A stretch of DNA of 64,000 nt from Squalus acanthias (taxonomy: Eukaryota): the NCBI GenBank assembly GCA_030390025.1, contig CM059432.1:104534001-104598000 (forward strand), read 5' to 3'. Made by a program: the position numbers and the translations under genes. Position 1 is the stretch's first letter. Every line of letters begins with the position of its first letter. The notes beneath the pieces are model-generated. The model worked only from the letters and a program-made list of their open reading frames with translations, did not search any database and was not told the DNA's origin. Of the stretch, positions 11,901 to 25,108 are shown piece after piece.

Positions 11901-14574
11901 CTTATCACCTTACCAATACCTGTGTGCCCCTTTTATTTCCTGCACCAGTCACCATGACATCTTCCTTGTAATAAAGTTGCCCATTTAATGTGGGAGTCAG
12001 ATTGGTCTTGAAGGTACAGATTGCCCTGGGAATTTGATTAGGATGTACAATGTTTGTTTCAAAAATTGATTCTCCCTGGCATCACAGGTAGAACTGAGAT
12101 TGTGAATCAAAGTGCTGTTCCATCCTTGCCCACTTGAGAGCAGCTGTGAGCATAGACCATACTTCCAGCAGATAGCAATGTCCAGATTGAATGATCTTTG
12201 ATGAAGAGAAATTGAGTTAGATTAGAACTTTATTTTATTGAAATTAGAAGCAACACAAAAAAATAATTGAAATAAATACAGATGAGGGAATTAATTTGCC
12301 ATCTCTGGCTCATCATTCTACAGATACCTCACAGCATGTAACTGTTGATTGAGTGATTGCAGAGTTTTGGCTTGCGTGAGACCACCCAGAGGATCAGCTC
12401 AGATATTGACTGCTCTTTTTGTGAAGTATTTCCTGACATCTGTTCTAAATCCTTTGCATTAGTTCCTGCCTCTTTTTTACTACTACCTACCTATGTCCCA
12501 TTGTCCTGCACATTGTCCCGGCACAGACACGATGGGCCAGTTGGCCTCCTTCTGTTCCTAAATTTCTATGATTCTATGTATTGTAACGTAATAGTGCTCA
12601 GGATTAAACTTTCCTGTTCCCCTTTCTATCTTGTATCTATCCTCATGGTGCTTTGATACTACAAGTATAGAGTCAGTGTGAAGTGGTTTGGCTTTAGAAA
12701 CTCTCCAATTGCACTGCAACTGCAGTCCGAAAATCCTATCAGGGCCTGAGCAGACAACTGAAGGGAGCTGAGGAAGACTCCTTAGAGGGCAGAGGTGCAG
12801 TCTAACTGCAAATTCCTTTGTTGACAGTTCTAAAATAACATTTCAACAATGAGTTTCAGCCTGCATACATTGGTCTGGTAGCGTTGTTTGGCTTCTCAGA
12901 AAACTCCCCCCCACCTGTAATTGCTTAAGAGGGAGGACAAAATTCCCACTTAACCAATTCCACGCAATTCAAGCTCAGAGCCTCCCTGCTGCACCCGAGC
13001 AAAGGTCAGGAATTTAACTTCATAAAGACATAGATTTCTAAACTGTGGAACTGGTACAGCTGACAATTAAGATTTCAGGCCCATCACCACTTCCACAGGC
13101 AAGGCCACGTTCAGCTGGGGCTGGATATGGGCAAAAGGAGGCAGAGAAATCCACCACCCAATTCCATCTACTGCCAAGTGAGTTGGGCAGTGGGGAAAGG
13201 AAAAGAAACCTTCATTCCTATGCAGGGTATCTTCTGTATTTTTCAGGACTGTTAGAAACAAACGTTACTATTGCAAATTTCCTTTGGCAATTTCTTCCTA
13301 GGGTCAGTTTCAAAACAAAATCCATTTACCTTCGCATTACGTTTGGATGGGAAAGTAGGTTTGAAACACCTGCGCTTTCAACCACAGACAGAGGAGTGAA
13401 AGAAAAGCTCATTCGTTTGGTAGTACTGACACTTAAGCAAGATCACACTTTCCAGAGGTGCAAAGTCTGGATGGCAAAGTAAGGGTCCATTAACATTTCC
13501 TTCTTGCCCGCCGTTTCAGTCTTCCTCTCCCTCCCTTCACTGCTGCTTCTTTCCTCTATTTAGCCGTCCCCTCCTTCTTTTCCTCTCCCCTCGCTGGTGC
13601 TCCTTGCCTCCCTCACCATTTCCCTGTTCCATCTCCTTTCGCCATCCTTCCCCTCTCTTTACCCATTCCCTCTTCCTGGTTCCTTTCTATCAGCCTATGC
13701 CCCTCTGCTGAATATTCTCCCCTTTCTGGCCTTTAGCCCTCATACACTGGGCTTGCTTGCTGCTCCGTGCAGCTGGGAAACCTGCTAGTCACCGTTTAAA
13801 ATGTTCAATTGCGCTTACAATATATCTGTTGAGTAATTTTTACTTAGTGTTAGCCAGAGCTGGAAATACTGGTTCAGGAGTCATTCTGCAAACAGAGTGG
13901 CGAGGGTCCAAAAAGGGGAAATCTCTGCTCCAAATATTTATGGTTGGCAACAACACTGCAACATTTGAGAGACAGGAACATCATCAAGGAGGCATTAGAC
14001 CTACATAAATAATAGTGCTGTATGATGTGCCCCAGAGGGAGATGGAATGATAGTGATATGCTACATGCTGCACTGTGTAGATATGGAGGAAATGATAGGC
14101 AGAAATTGCTGGAATGGCGTATCTCATGGTGAGCACCGTGAATTGGAATTCCTTCCTCACCCTTCAGATCACACTATATTTGCACCACAAATTGCTGGAA
14201 ACACGAACTGGTAACAGCACAGCGATATCAATGTCGCATTTGGGACCTCGTGAACATCATGCCCAATGGTCTAGCTCCATAGCCAATGAAATTTAAGAAT
14301 AGAGCATGAAACAAGGTAAATGACAGAGAAGGAAATAGGATGAATTGGTCAAATTAGATACAAAAAGAGAAATAAAGAGAGGGAAAGAAAGAGAGTGGAT
14401 TAAGGGAGAAAGAAAAAAAGAGACAGAAAGGAAAAGTAAAAATTATTTTTTAAAGAACAAGCAGAAGAGGACATTGTAATCCAGTTGTGTTTGGGAATTG
14501 TTATGTTGGTTCTTGAGAAGTTAAGAATGAGTGAATAGCAGGGTAGGTGTGTGAAATGTACAAACATTATTACT

Positions 14575-15190
14575 CATGGTAGTGGGGAAGCTTTTAGAAA
14601 CAATAGTCCAGGAGAAAATTAACAGCCACTTGGACAAGCATGGATAATAAAGGAGAGCCAGCATGGATTTGTTAAGGGCAAATCGTGTTTGACTAACTTG
14701 ATTGAGTTTTTTGATGAGGTAACAGAGAGGGTGGATGAGGGCAGTGCAGTTGATGTTGTGTATATGGACTTTCAAAAGGCGTTTGATAAAGTACCACATA
14801 ATAGACTTGTTAGAAAAATTGAAGCCATTAGGATAAAAGGGGCAGTAGCAGCATGGATACAAAATTAGCTAAGGGATAGAAAACAGAGTTGTGGTGAATG
14901 GCTGTTTTTCAGACTGGAGGGAGGTATACAGTGAAGTTCCCCAAGTTCAGTACTAAGACCACTGCTGTTTTTGATATACATTAATGACTTGGACCTGGGG
15001 GTACAGGGCACAATTTCATAATTTGCAGACAACACGAAACTTGGAAGTGCAGTAAACAGTGAGGAAGATAGTAATAGACTTCAAGAAGACATAGACAGGC
15101 TGGTGGAATGGGCGGACACGTGGCAGATGAAATTCAATGCAGAGAAGTGTGAGGTGATACATTTTGGTCGGAAGAATGAGGAGAGACAAA
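14575..15190 (+). mobile_element. CR1 LINE RT fragment
   Basis: cagcatggatttgttaagggcaaatcgtgtttgac; WADTWQMKFNAEKCEVIHFG. Confidence 0.9.
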
Positions 15191-15897
15191 ATTGGAAAAA
15201 CTACGGAATCAAATCCTCTTATCATTTCCCCATGACATCAGCACATACACATGGTTACCCTTATTCCTCTCCCCATCAAAAAAGGTTTGCCAAAGATTTT
15301 CTCCTGAACACATTCCCCATTAATATTCCAATAAAAGTAGTGTTTTTTTTGCATTCTGTACAGTACCAGAAAAAAAATATTGGTAGTGGGTTAGGATTTA
15401 TTCCTCAGCTATAGGCAGATTTTTAGGACATTATTTAATGTGGTTACTGACACTACAGTTTTTGTGTTGAGCAATTATTGTTCATTTTAAACTTGCTGTG
15501 CTGTTATTTGTCAAAATGTTCACAGACAGAAACTGTTTCGAGACAGTTTGGGAGTTTGCAAATACAACATGGAATCATTAATGCAGTACTTTGTCATTTT
15601 TGCAAATCAGTGTTTTGGAAAATATTCAGAGGCACTGGTATTACGAAACTTCCGATGGACTCTATGATTATTATCAGCTAAGTTGTCCGTGTAGTTCCTA
15701 TGTTGTAAGGTTTCTTATTTTTGTCAGCTCTTTAAAGGAGCTGTGAGTTTTTAATTTTGCCGCAACAAAGGCTTTGTAAACTAATGGTACCACTTGAATG
15801 CTTAATCCTTACTGTTTTCCAGTAACTGGATCCATTTTTCAGGAACTTTATTAATTTTAGATTTAAAAAAGAATTACTGTTCTGTTATCTCTTTAAT

Positions 15898-17074
15898 TCA
15901 GGTACTCATGTAAGGAGCTTTGCCAAAGAGACAAGCGTGGCATACAGATGACTCCTTCTCCAGAGTGCGGAGCGATAGGTCAGTGTAGGCTGGTGTCTTT
16001 CTGGAAAATGAATCTCTGGACTAAGAATGACTAATGTGGAGACAGTGAAAATGAAAATCGAGCGGTCTATAACGGATGGCCGATTATCTTCAGCATGTTT
16101 TACGCTCCCACTGAAGTTGACTTTCACCCCCAATAGCAGCTACTGAAGCTCAGCTCAGAGTATTTGCACTCGTCGTTGTTGCATGATGTATCACACAATA
16201 GGGATAATTTAATCAAATCACACTTCCTGCATGGAAGCATTTTGAGAATTCAGGTGGTTGTGATTTTCCATCCATTAATTTTAGTGGTTGGAAAATTGTA
16301 GGAAGCATGGGCCTGAATTCCGATATGCATTCCTGGCAGAAGAGGCTTTGCGCTGGGAGCGCATTCTTGTCCTGCAAATCCTGAGTACAGTGCAATGCAG
16401 TGAAACACTCATTGAAAAGAAATAAATCATGCAGATATTTTTTGGAAGTAATAAACTTGTAATTATTATATGGCAATGATCTTTTTGTTTGATACAGTCT
16501 TTGAAGAATCAAGGTACACCCTTCAGGGGAAAAAAATCACCCTTAATTAGCAAACATGTTCCTTAATCAGAAATAGTTAAGTTTCTGCTCTGGTCCCATT
16601 TTTACCAGAAGTCCAATGCCAAACATTAGGCACCAGCAGCCACTATTTAATCCAGGTCCCTGTGTAAGGTGCCATGAAATGATCCTGCTATTAGGTTGGA
16701 TATCTCTCCGTCTCTCCGTGGCACTGCAAAACATGTCAGTGTAGGCCAGAGTCTTCCATCCCTGCAACTATTTCCCCTTTTCCACAATTTTACCTCACAG
16801 TTTGAGTCTGCATATTGTATACAGGCCAAAAGAAGTCCTTCAGTTGCATGCCTAGAAGTGCTAAACCATGAAGGAGTACTGCTTGGACAAATCTTTTATA
16901 CATTACAAACTTAGGCTGTACTGTGACTTAGCGACTAGAGCTCTCTTTACTGCTTCTCAGTGCAATCCCAAAGAACAAGGAAAAGTTGTCATCCACCAGA
17001 ACCTCCAGGTTCTGCTAAGAATCAACAATTGGGACAAATGCTCCTTGTATCTCTCAGTCAATAACTCTTGAGAT
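15898..17074. repeat. Old dispersed repeat, second copy at ~55500-56794
   Basis: Collinear blocks 15898-16370 vs 55500-55975 and 16965-17074 vs 56690-56794 (e.g. cctgaattccgatatgcattcctggcaga). Confidence 0.75.
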
Positions 17075-17712
17075 TGTAGTTTTTTTTTTAACTCTCTTTT
17101 AACTCTTTAGGGTAATCCAGAGGTAAGATCAACCAAGGTTTTAAACTTTTCAAACAATTGATTTTATTGACATTGAAGCACGATAGTTTTACAGATAAAG
17201 ATGCTTACAACCTAGTCAGTAGTACAACTCGAAATTCAGAATGGTTAAATTCTACTGCTTTGGGAGACTGAGAGGTTAATTCTTCATTGATGTCCTTCTT
17301 GGTCCTTCTTTATACCGTTCTCACTGCTGAAACAAGTTGCTGCTAGTTTTCCATTCTCTTTCCCACAGTTCAAACAAGCTGCTGCTACAAAACCAGTTCT
17401 GGCAGTCTCTCACAGTTTTTCAAGGCCTAGCTAGGCACCTGTCTTATCGTTAATCTCGTCCTTTATCACCATGACAGTACACCATCTCAGTTAGTCTTCA
17501 ACGGTCTGAAGCAATAGTTTCTTTTGAACTTGGTCAAGCTTCCCAGAATGCCATCTTGAACAGTCAAGTTTAACAGTTCTGTGTTCTACCCTTTGTTGGT
17601 AATACTTTTAACCAAATTCTGCTCTTTGACAATCCAGGGTTTCTAGCCCATCCTATTAGTTTCTTTAAAACTGGTATTAAAAAGTCCATATTGAAAAGTT
17701 CAAAATTCTTCT
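17075..17712 (-). mobile_element. Probable 3' LTR of an LTR retroelement/ERV
   Basis: On - strand: PPT-like GAGGGGGG (~17715-22), TATAAA (~17310), AATAAA (~17165), end ...ACTACA; env-like relic upstream. Confidence 0.5.
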
Positions 17713-17893
17713 GTCCCCCCTCAACTGAGTTTGAGAGAATGAACAACTCACTTTAAATAATTCTTTGAATCTGATTTGCACTCACTACAGATTTTGTAAC
17801 AACAGATTTGTTGTTACAAAAAGCTTAATCACCGTGAGAGCTATGCAAAGTTTTATTGAATACTATAAATGAGAATTTTAAAAGTGTTACAAT

Positions 17894-18272
17894 CGGGTGA
17901 CTGTGTGGAGTTTGCACATTCTCCCCGTGTCTGCGTGGGTTTCCTCCGGGTGCTCCGGTTTCCTCCCACAGTCCAAAAATGTGCGGGTTAGGTTGATTTG
18001 GCTATGATAAATTGACCCTTAGTGTTAGGGGGGGATTAAATATGTGGGGTTACGGGGATAGGATGGGATATGTTAGGGGGAATTAAATACGTGGGGTTAC
18101 GGGGACAGGGTGGGATATGTGTCGGTGAAGGCTCGATGGGGATTCTGTGTGAGGGGGCAGGGACAGGGTGCTGGATTTGGATGATCAGCCATGATCGTAT
18201 TGAATGGTGGAGCAGGCTCGACGGGCCGAATGGCCTACTCCTGCTCCTAGTTTCTATGTTTCTATGTTTCTA
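17894..18272 (+). mobile_element. HE1-type V-SINE, 5'-truncated
   Basis: V-domain tgtgtggagtttgcacattctccccgtgtctgcgtgggtttcctccggg; CR1/HER1-like tail and (tttctatg)n end. Confidence 0.85.
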
Positions 18273-18314
18273 TAACAAGCTGTAAAATAATAAAGAAGAT
18301 AGACATGATTTTCA

Positions 18315-19385
18315 CCCAAGGATGCTGTCCCACATTATAGATACCTCCCACCATTCATGATTCCCAGGTTAGATATCTCCTTTTTAATGTCAGCATTACG
18401 TTGTTTCATATGCACTGTCAGTCTTTCAATAGTAGGCTTTTTAAACTACAGAAGTAATCCAAGAAAATTATTTTCCCTTATTACCTCTCAGTCTTAATCT
18501 CCAACAGCCCTGGTGACCCTGTGTGCCCCCCCTCCTTTGTGGGATCCTGGGGGTCTTATCTAAGATCCACACTTGATCTTGTTAGCATCCTAAACCTATC
18601 TCAAGCCATTTGTTCTTCTAGTCTAAGTTTAATTTGGTTAATATTACACATCATGATACTGACAAAGAAAATACAGAAAACTACAGTGAAACTAGGCTCT
18701 CCCCTCCCCTTCCAAATCAAGAAATCATGGAGATAAATGATCCTCTAGCTTTCATTTTACCATTATCCATGTTGTGGATAATTCTGGCTAAGTATTATTT
18801 CTCCCTAGCCCTCAATTGTCCCAATTTTATTGTGAACTCAAAGGAACCCAACCCTGAATTTTGGAATTCCAAATGCTATGTTCCTCTTTTGTTTAATTTC
18901 AATCCCTCTGATAGGTACCAATGTGTTTAATTCCTGATTGTTTCATTAATTAGTTTCTCTATGGAGCATGTGTCAGTGCCGTGATTTATAAAAAGTTCAC
19001 ATCAGTAGTGATACAGTATATGTTATCACTCACCTGAGCCACATTAACTATTTCATGTACTGCTGCTCTCAATGTGACTTTGCATGTCTGAGACCTGTTC
19101 TTCAGTGCTTCACCATCACACATTCCGCATACTAGGTGCCTCACGCAAGACATATTGTATTTGCACACTTAGCGGTATCCTAAGAACATGCTGCACATGA
19201 CATCAGATTCAAGCCATTCTTGTGTTTTCAGGCTATCTTATCAGAAGATCGGGGTTGTTTGGACATCTATTGTTTATTTCCTTCTGCATGGTCCAGATGT
19301 CTTGGGTAGTGGCAAGGCTATCAAATGCATTTTTCTCATTGTTCAATATAGGCAAGGACACAATCATCTCCAAGAGAAAGCTATC
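18315..19385 (-). pseudogene. Decayed envelope-like (fusion glycoprotein-like) sequence
   Basis: LEMIVSLPIL...WLESDVMC...VC...LVCG...TCKVTL...VAQVSDNIYCITT and NHEWWEV, with stops and a frameshift; followed by PPT and LTR. Confidence 0.5.
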
Positions 19386-19795
19386 AATTAGCTATTCTTA
19401 ACTACACTTTTGTGACTTTCACTAGATTGTGCATTGATACCAGATTGATATCCTTTGGTGCATCATGGTGATTTATGTTACTTATTGGTGCATTCACACA
19501 CCTTTTCCCTAACCCCTTCTGTTCGGGTTCTTGAAATTCATCCATATTCACCTAGGGTGATGGCTGAACTTAGGCCCCATTTGCTGGTGTAATTTTTCTG
19601 TTTATATCAACATATCTTATGAATTTCAATTTCAGAAACAAATGATGCCCAGGCTTGGTGGTTTTACATTAGAGAGAGGAATGTTTGCAGTTACCTTTGG
19701 AGCTAACTCCCATAACCCTCTCCCCCATAAGAATATAGATATATTTTTGCATTATTACACTACAGAACAAAGAAAGAACAGTAATGTAGACAGAA

Positions 19796-20152
19796 ATAAC
19801 AACAGAAAACGCTGGAAAAACTCAGCAGGCCAGGCAGCATCCGTGGAGAGAGAAACAGAGTTAACGTTTCTGGTCAAAGACCTTTTGTCAGAACTGGAAT
19901 AAAGCAGGAAATGGAATAGATTTTAAGGCAGGTTTAGGGGCTGGGAAATGGGGGAGGAGATGAAAGAACAAAAGGGAAGGTCAGTGATAGGATAGAAAGC
20001 AGGAGAGATTAAGAGACATTGAGAGACATTAAGAGATATTCAAGGCCTCTGTTTCTCTCTCCATGGTTTCTGCCTGGCCTGCTGAGTTTTTCCAGCGTTT
20101 TCTGTTGTTATTTCGGATTTCCAGCATCCGCAGTATTTTGCTGTTGTATTGT
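19796..20152. mobile_element. Penelope-like element remnant with inverted pseudo-LTRs
   Basis: Inverted ~66-bp arms; 16-bp TSD AGTAATGTAGACAGAA; mutated hammerhead core (CTGACAA) on - strand. Confidence 0.8.
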
Positions 20153-21234
20153 AGTAATGTAGACAGAATTGATTTAAACCATGTTTTCAAAAATCCTGTC
20201 TTTTCCCTTTAATGGTGCTGATAAGATTGGAGCAGGATGAATTTCAGGACTGAGGACATTGTACTGTAAAGATAGGCACATCTAGATTATTCAATAAATA
20301 AACTAAGTGGATAATATTGAGCTTAAAGAGTTGTTAGGATTGAAACACACAGGTTTTTGAAACACAGGCTTTTCATCACAGCAGGGTATAGCTTAAGAGT
20401 TTGCTGCAATATAAACGACAATATGTTGCTATAGAGCATGCATCAAAGATTGTTTACAATAAAGCTATGGCTTGGGAAAAGCAATGATAGGAATTAACAG
20501 TATGGTGTGAAAAGGCATGAGGCCTCTCAGATAGTGTTGCATCCATCAGGAAGCACACCATAAAGAAAATGGTATAAGAAGGGATGCAATATTATTACTT
20601 AGTTAGGAAGACCTTTGCTACCTTCAAGACCCAGTGGAGTGAACAGGCTTGGAGAAGCCATCGTCACGGTTTCTCATTAAATCCTACGCATGTAAGTGTT
20701 AGATGTAAGGCTGATGTGTGCTGCTCTGTATGGGTGTTTAAGATTAATATTTTGTCAATAATAAATGAAGTGAATTATCAGACAATTATTGTCTCTAGCT
20801 TTTCGAATCTGTTAAAAGGGTAAAGAAGGAATTATCCAACATTCCCCCCTCCCCCGAGCACTCTGTCTTGGAAGTTGTTAAAGGACAAAGGGCTAGAAAT
20901 TCGGTATCGCCCCGGTTGGGGCGCTAAATTTTAAAAAGTTGGACGTTTAGCGTCCTTCTGACCCCCTGCTAAATTGATTGTTAGCGCTCCAAGAAAGAAT
21001 TGAACATTAAATCAAGCGCTAATCACCTAACTTAGGACACTACACACAGAGAGCGGGGCGCTACCCGCAGAGCGATAACCAATTTCAGGTGCACTCCAAT
21101 CGGGACTCATCATTCACACTGGCTCCTTCCAGTTCTTAAAGGAGAGGTTAATTCATTCTGCACAACCTCATTCTCAACATTGCTGGCTCTGAAGGTGACC
21201 TCCAAGCAACTCACCAGCTACACCTCTTATCCTC

Positions 21235-23090
21235 ATGGCTGATCCCAGTCCCAGGGAGAGAGCTCACCTTTTTTGCGACCAGGCATTGGAGGCATTGGTC
21301 ACGGCAGTTGAAAAAAGGAGGGCAGTACTGTTCTCAGCCACTGGCAGGAGGCCATTGCCCCAGGTCTTCAGTACCATGTGGAGGGAAGTGGCCCAGGACG
21401 TGTCTCGGCCAGTAGTGTGGTCCTCAGGACCCTCACACAGTGCCGTAAAAAATTCAACGACCTCACTCGGGTGGTCAGGGTGAGTACATGCTTCAACAAG
21501 TCCTACATACCAGCATCTGAACCTCAGTCTGTACACACTGCACAAACCACCTCACCCCCACCACTCACCCACCAAGCATCTCCACCTACTCAAACTCACA
21601 TCCACATCTCACGCCTTGCCTACAATCACAGCTATTCAACTATGGCAGGCACATCTCTCAAACACATAGCTGCACACTCACTCACACACTTTCCTTTCTC
21701 TTGCAGGCCAAGCTGGGCCACAACAGGAGGGAGCAGGAACGAACAGGCGGGGTGAAGCGGACATCCAACAGCTTACAGACCTGGAGGAGCAAGTGCTGAG
21801 AATCATTGGGCGCCAGGTGGTGGGCGCCATGGCCGTCGGCCCTTGGGGACAACGACGGTATGTTCATCCCCTCTCGTTCTGTCATCCCACTTCCCCGTCA
21901 CACCACAAGCCTTTCCCACTTTCCAGTTCATTATACTGTCTGAATTCCTTGCTCCCTTCCTGCCCCCCTGTCCTCACCTTAATGCGAGTCTTGTGTCTTT
22001 ATGCTTTCAGGTAATCGGCAACCAGCTGACCAGCCTGTCCCTGAGCCTCCCAGTGAGAGTGAGGTGGGAGAAGAAGAGGAGGAAGAAAGTACCGCGCCAC
22101 TGCATGTCTCACCCGCAGGCACCACCTCAGATACTGGGAGTACGCGATCCTTAGAGGCAAGTTTAGTAGAGGGGTCTGTACTGGGTGATGCACTGGAGAC
22201 AAGCGGGCTGCAGCAAGGCCAGGGGGAAAGGGTAGCTCAGGAGCCAGCTCCCCGGAGGGCAAGTTCGCGCATGACTTCTGCTGCACAGGACTCAGATGAG
22301 GACCTCGATGGGGAGGCGTTCACAAGAAGAGTGATGGCCATGCACACCGAGATGATAGGTGCAATGGCAAGGGTGACCAAGAGCCTGTCGGCAATGGTAA
22401 GGAGCGTGGAGGAGTCCGCCTCCAACATTGCACAGAGCTCTGCGCACACCATGCAAAGGATGGTGGACTCCCTGAGAGACCGTGGGGGCCCAGACCTCAT
22501 GCCGCGTGTCATAGGTGATGTGGCAGCAACCATTGCAGCACAGGCGGAAGTCACGCAATGTCTTAGTGCTGTAATGCAGTCAATGGTTACAGCCATCGAG
22601 TCTGAGACAGCTCTTATGCAGTCTCAGCTTGATGCCACGCAAGCTCTGACTGCTGCCATCGTCGCTGGGTCCACCACAATCCACCGGGTATCTCACGGTG
22701 TCGCAGCAGGCCAGCAATCTGCGATCCAGCAGATTGGTAGGGATGCTGCGGTGCAGCCCCGGGGGAGTGGCAGTGGGTCAGTGGAGCAGGAACCTGCTGT
22801 CCTCTCTCAGGATAACAGCATTCCTGCTCCCACCACTGCCACTCCGCATTGCACTTGCCATCCAGCCAGGCCATACTGCCGCCGCCCAGCCTGAGGTGGT
22901 GCAGTCTACAGCCGGGCCTTCCAGGCTCAGAGCTGCTCAAGGGCATCTGCAAGGCCATCTGTAGTCTCTGGCACCGACACTCAGCAGCCTTCCAGCAGCC
23001 GTGCTGAAGCCACTGGGGACAGACTTCATAGGAGCAGTAGATTAGGAAAAGGCATTGTAAAGAGGGGAAGTAAGGGTTTGCACAAGGGTG
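21235..23090 (+). pseudogene. Harbinger Myb/SANT-like gene, exons ~21235-21479, 21707-21857, 22011-~23090
   Basis: FCDQALEALVTAVEKRRAVLF...WREVAQDV...RTLTQCRKKFNDL with frameshift; canonical splice sites. Confidence 0.85.
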
Positions 23091-23260
23091 ATTAGTTAAT
23101 ATTGTTGTTGTATATATGTGTTTACTGAATGTTGATAAATTTATTAATTGAATGTTGCAGAATTTGTGATGTCTCTCATTTCAGCTTTGCACTATCATAT
23201 GGCATGTGAAATTGATCTAATAATGGGGATGTGGTGAGAAACCGGGATGTGGGGTAGAAT

Positions 23261-24401
23261 TTATTGGAACCGCAGTCTGATGAGGCGATCACGGACTGCC
23301 CTTCCAGAAGACCGATTGAGTGGCTGCTTCCTCCCTCGCTGCTGTTCCTCCTCCTCCTCCTCCTCCTCCTTCTCTCCCTCTTCCTCCTCCTGAGGTGCTC
23401 CCGCTATGCCTGGTGTCAATGGCTGGGCCCTCATGATGGCCAAGTTGTGCAGCATGCAGCACACTACGACGAAAAGGGACACCCGCTCTGGGGAGTACTG
23501 GAGGGCTCCTCCTGAGCGGTCAAGACAGCGGAACCGTTGCTTGAGCACTCCGATGGTCTGCTCGATGATGTTCCTGGTGGTGGCATGGCTCTCATTATAC
23601 CAATGCTGGGCAGGAGTGTTGGGGTTGCGGAGGGGAGTCATGAGCCAGGTGGAGAGAGGATACCCCATGTCTCCGACCAGCCAGCCGCGAGCTTGATGTG
23701 GTGGCTGGAACAGAGATGAAGGCATCGTGGCTGTTGCCAGGATAGCGGGCATTGACGGTGAGGATTCGCTGTCTGTGGTCACACACCAACTGGACATTAA
23801 GTGAGTGGTAGCCTTTGCGGTTATGGAAGACCTCAGGATTGCTATGGGGTGCCCGTAAAGCCATGTGGGTGCAGTCAATGGCGCCCTGCATCATGGGGAA
23901 GCCCGCTATCCTGGCAAAGCCACATGCACACTCGTCCAGCTTCTCTCTGGTGATGGTGAAGGAAATGTAGTCCCTTCTCCTTCTGTAGAGAGCCTCTGTG
24001 ACCTCCCGGATGCAACAATGGATGGCGAACTGCGAGATGTTAGATATGTCTCCTGCTGCAGACTGGAAGGATCCACTGGCGTAGAAATTGAGGGCGACGG
24101 TGACCTTGACTGCCACTGAGAGAGCCGTGGTGGTCCTGATCTGAGGTTCGAGGTCTGGCTGCAGGAGGTGGCAGAACTCTGTGACCACCTCCTTGGTGAA
24201 GCGGAGCCTTCTAAGACACTGCCCCTCAGTTAAATTTATGTAGGAGAAGTGCTCCCGGAATACCCTGGGAGGGTAAGGCCTCCTGTTGAGAGCCCTGTTG
24301 GCCCTCCTCCCTCTGGCCACATTTTCCAGTCTTTGTCTCTGCCTCCATTGCCTCCGACGTTGATTCTGGAGGGCGGGGTCGAGTGCCAGTACGGCCCCCA
24401 T
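23261..24401 (-). pseudogene. Harbinger DDE transposase, frameshifted
   Basis: LNFYASGSFQ, GAIDCTH, YPGNSHDAFI, LVGDMGYP, IEQTIGVLKQRFRCL, CCMLHN. Confidence 0.92.
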
Positions 24402-24926
24402 TAATGTAAGCAAGTGTAGGACTTTGAAATCTTAGCAGAATGAAAGTCATAAATTTTTAGCAGGCAGACACTCCTGAAAGTAAGAAACGTTTAACTCACT
24501 GAAAACGGCTGTTTCGCTGTGTGAAACTGAACAGGCAGCATTGATTGGCCAGTAAAATGAAAGCGGATGTTGATCCCTTTAAATACCGCCCCTACAGCGG
24601 CCATCCGAATGCATCACACCTCCTCTTCCTGCCGTTGTTCAGGCCAGGCACTAAGGCAGGGGGCGACAGTCAATTTTGCATCTGGGCCGTTAACGGGGTG
24701 TTCCAAAGTCACTGACGGCACGATCTGCCAGGCGCTAAAGGGCTAGGTGCTAACTGTTAGGGCCACCGCTAAATCCCAGGTGAATTTCACGTGCGGCGTT
24801 GGATTCGCTGCGCCCTGCCGCAAACCCATTAGCGCCCCATTAGCACCCCCAGGCGCTAACGGGAGGCACTAACATGCCGAATTTCTCCCCCAATGTGTTA
24901 AAATTAGGTCTTGGAGAGGCTAGGTT

Positions 24927-25108
24927 TTACTCCGTCGTGTCACCATGCTGTGACAGTTGATAATATTCTTCTGATGTCTGCAGATCTGACTTTAAATTCT
25001 TAACACTACAGGATCTCCTCCTTGCACGAATACCTTTCATGTAAAAGAAGTACTCTTGATAATCCTGCGCCATCACCCTGACACGATCCCAAAAACCATG
25101 GTCACCTG
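24927..25108 (-). CDS. Exon C of candidate unidentified gene
   Basis: Acceptor ttctttgtttttttag|CAG; phase 1 start; open frame GDHGFWDRVRVMAQDYQEYFFYMKG...HGDTTE* (or donor GA|gtaaaa at 24930). Confidence 0.45.

Larger units (their letters stand above)
20890..24891. mobile_element. Full-length PIF/Harbinger transposon (copy 2, different family), inactivated
   Basis: TIRs GGGCTAGAAATTCGG / CCGAATTTCTCCCCC; flanks AAA/AAT; convergent genes. Confidence 0.9.

Noticed and set aside
19034..19179. Exon-like segment (ttcttag|G...CAG|gtgagt) as the next exon of the candidate gene
   Set aside because: The compatible frame stops after 20 codons, and the segment reads better as part of the env-like relic.
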